56,093 nucleotides of DNA from a virus (Duplodnaviria; Caudoviricetes). Every line of letters begins with the position of its first letter. Within the stretch, counting starts at the first letter, position 1. Both the position numbers and the translations under genes were made by a program. A model generated the notes under the pieces. The model made no database searches, was not told the origin of the DNA, and was given only the letters and a program-made list of their open reading frames with translations. Positions 54,461 through 56,093 of this stretch are shown piece by piece. The DNA lies in the IMG/VR virus record IMGVR_UViG_3300005805_000110, positions 1-56,093 of that record. One strand, given 5' to 3'.

Positions 54461-55560
54461 AAAACCAAAAATTCTCACACAAAACATCACACCTAAAAGG
54501 TAAACAGCATCAGTTAGATCCAAACTTGGATTTAAAACAATCTGTTTATCATGCAACTATTCAGTATGTTGATTGGGATAATGATGGTGATGTTGATGAA
54601 TATGATAAGAAACCTAAATTAGTTCCAGATGAAAATCCAAATGCAAATTTTGCGACTACATCCAAAAAATTAATCGCAAAACAAAAAGGAGAATTGAAGC
54701 ACACTAAGAGAGGTATAGCTTATGAAGAAAAGATTGCTTCTAATATAATTGATGAACAATCCGATGAGAAAAGATACTGCCCAATGTGCAAAAAAAGAGA
54801 GAAAAGAATGGAATGTTCTTATGGACCTTCTATGTGGGATGCAGTAACTATTGGTGGAGTTTCAGAAGCAAAAAAAGGTCCTTGCTGGACCGGTTATAAG
54901 CAAATTGGAATGAAAAAGAAAAATGGTAAAAAAGTTCCAAATTGTGTTCCCGAAGAAGTAAATCTACTAGTTTCCGAAGAAAGTGATAAAGTTTGTGAAG
55001 TGTGTGGAAAGTCTCCTTGCGAATGTTCCCCAAAGATACCAATGGGAGGAAGTTCTGCAAAACTAGGATCTGATAAAAATTATGTAAAACCAATGTCAGA
55101 ATCAGTAAGAATTCCAGCAAAAACTGGAAATATTATTCTGGTCACTCTGACTTGGAGAGGAAAATATTTTACTATGAAAATGTTCTTTCCACAAACTACC
55201 AAACCAAGTAGAATGGAAGTTCAGGATCAAATTGATAAGGTTTATCCAGGTTCTAGAGTTCAGTCATATTATGTTTCCGATATCAAACCCGGAGAGCAGT
55301 TTCTTCAAATCGAAGGTGCTGCATGGACTAAAAAAGAAGGACAGAACCAAGAAGGTGGTCTAAACGAAAAAGGTCGCAAATCATATGAGGAAGAAAATAC
55401 AGGTTCGGATTTAAAAGCACCTTCTAAGAAAGTCGGCAATCCTCGTCGCGCTTCATTCTGTGCAAGAATGAAGGGTATGAAGAAAAAACTAACTTCTACC
55501 AAAACTGCTAACGATCCTGATAGCAGAATCAATAAGTCACTTAGAGCTTGGAACTGCTAA
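54457..55560 (+). CDS. modular putative head-associated protein (DUF6321-like C-terminus)
   Basis: CWTGYKQ.GMKKK.GK.VPNCVPE; GGLNEKGRKSY...RRASFCARM...SLRAWNC. Confidence 0.65.
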   Translation: MKNQKFSHKTSHLKGKQHQLDPNLDLKQSVYHATIQYVDWDNDGDVDEYDKKPKLVPDENPNANFATTSKKLIAKQKGELKHTKRGIAYEEKIASNIIDEQSDEKRYCPMCKKREKRMECSYGPSMWDAVTIGGVSEAKKGPCWTGYKQIGMKKKNGKKVPNCVPEEVNLLVSEESDKVCEVCGKSPCECSPKIPMGGSSAKLGSDKNYVKPMSESVRIPAKTGNIILVTLTWRGKYFTMKMFFPQTTKPSRMEVQDQIDKVYPGSRVQSYYVSDIKPGEQFLQIEGAAWTKKEGQNQEGGLNEKGRKSYEEENTGSDLKAPSKKVGNPRRASFCARMKGMKKKLTSTKTANDPDSRINKSLRAWNC

Positions 55561-55868
55561 TGAAAAGTTTTAAACAATTTCTATCAGAGTCAGTAAATAT
55601 CTCCGGAGATTTCAACGGAAATCTTTACATTAATAGTTCAGAACCAGAAATAACTAAAGAATCTTTTGTTGCTGATGTGGTTTGGGAAGGAAAAATATAC
55701 AGAATGGAAATAGAAGGTGCAATGATGAATAAAAATGAACTTGCAGAGCATCTTCAAGGAGAATATCCTGGAGCGATTGTCCATAACATCTATCCAGCAT
55801 CTCAACAAACATCAAGAATTAAAAACGTACAAAGATATCAACCAGAAAGATTAACATGGGGTGAATGA
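55560..55868 (+). CDS. putative internal head protein
   Basis: MKSFKQFLSE N-terminus. Confidence 0.6.
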   Translation: MKSFKQFLSESVNISGDFNGNLYINSSEPEITKESFVADVVWEGKIYRMEIEGAMMNKNELAEHLQGEYPGAIVHNIYPASQQTSRIKNVQRYQPERLTWGE

Positions 55869-55871
55869 TTA

Positions 55872-56093
55872 ATGGCTCAGTGGAATATACAAACTCAAGA
55901 TTATCTTAATCAAGAGAGAAGTTTATTTGAAGTATTTTTACAGGCAGATAGACAAGGAAAGATATTTGAACCTTTAGGTCAAGGATTTAGTGGGGACTTA
56001 TTTGGAAGACTTAAGGTTTCCAATCCACTAACTCTTTTCGATTCTTCACATATTTACTATCAAGATGGAGATTTTGATGATGTAATAGTAGGA
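55872..56093 (+). CDS. hypothetical protein, truncated by the window end
   Basis: MAQWNIQTQDYLNQERSLFEV...DLFGRLKVSNPLTLFDS, open to the end. Confidence 0.65.
   Translation, partial: MAQWNIQTQDYLNQERSLFEVFLQADRQGKIFEPLGQGFSGDLFGRLKVSNPLTLFDSSHIYYQDGDFDDVIVG

Noticed and set aside
1941-55532. Minus-strand ORFs in the track (several containing TTGTLSRAQ)
   Set aside because: They are shadows of plus-strand genes; TTGTLSRAQ is simply the reverse-complement translation of the 29-bp element.
1-56093. tRNA or rRNA genes, introns, inteins, transposases
   Set aside because: None recognised by eye; tRNAscan/Infernal were not run.

Overview
56-kb segment of a T4-like cyanophage (cyanomyovirus; host inferred to be a cyanobacterium from cp12 and the cyanophage-type gp25-gp6-gp7-gp8-gp13-gp14-gp15-gp16 module). 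All credible genes are on the + strand. 0.5-3.4 kb: three paralogous LamG/ConA-like lectin genes. 3.5-9.6 kb: small accessory genes, including an RTX-repeat protein, a 2OG-Fe(II) oxygenase, CP12 and a Mom-like GNAT. 9.6-23.7 kb: a dense array of small ORFs cut into cassettes by 16 clear copies of a 29-bp element (AACTGGGCCCTTGAAAGTGTACCAGTAGT). The element usually sits right after a stop codon and in 7 copies is followed immediately by an in-frame ATG. Inside the array (about 22.0-22.36 kb) is a non-coding locus with an AT-rich tract, cyanobacterial-type DnaA boxes, three 33-bp repeats and divergent sigma70-like promoters (candidate origin or ncRNA). 24.3-56.1 kb: late baseplate, neck, tail-completion and small-terminase genes with T4 gp55-type (A/C)TAAATA promoters. 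The cassette element and the origin-like locus are the most novel-looking signals. Family assignments are from motif recognition only; no database searches were run.
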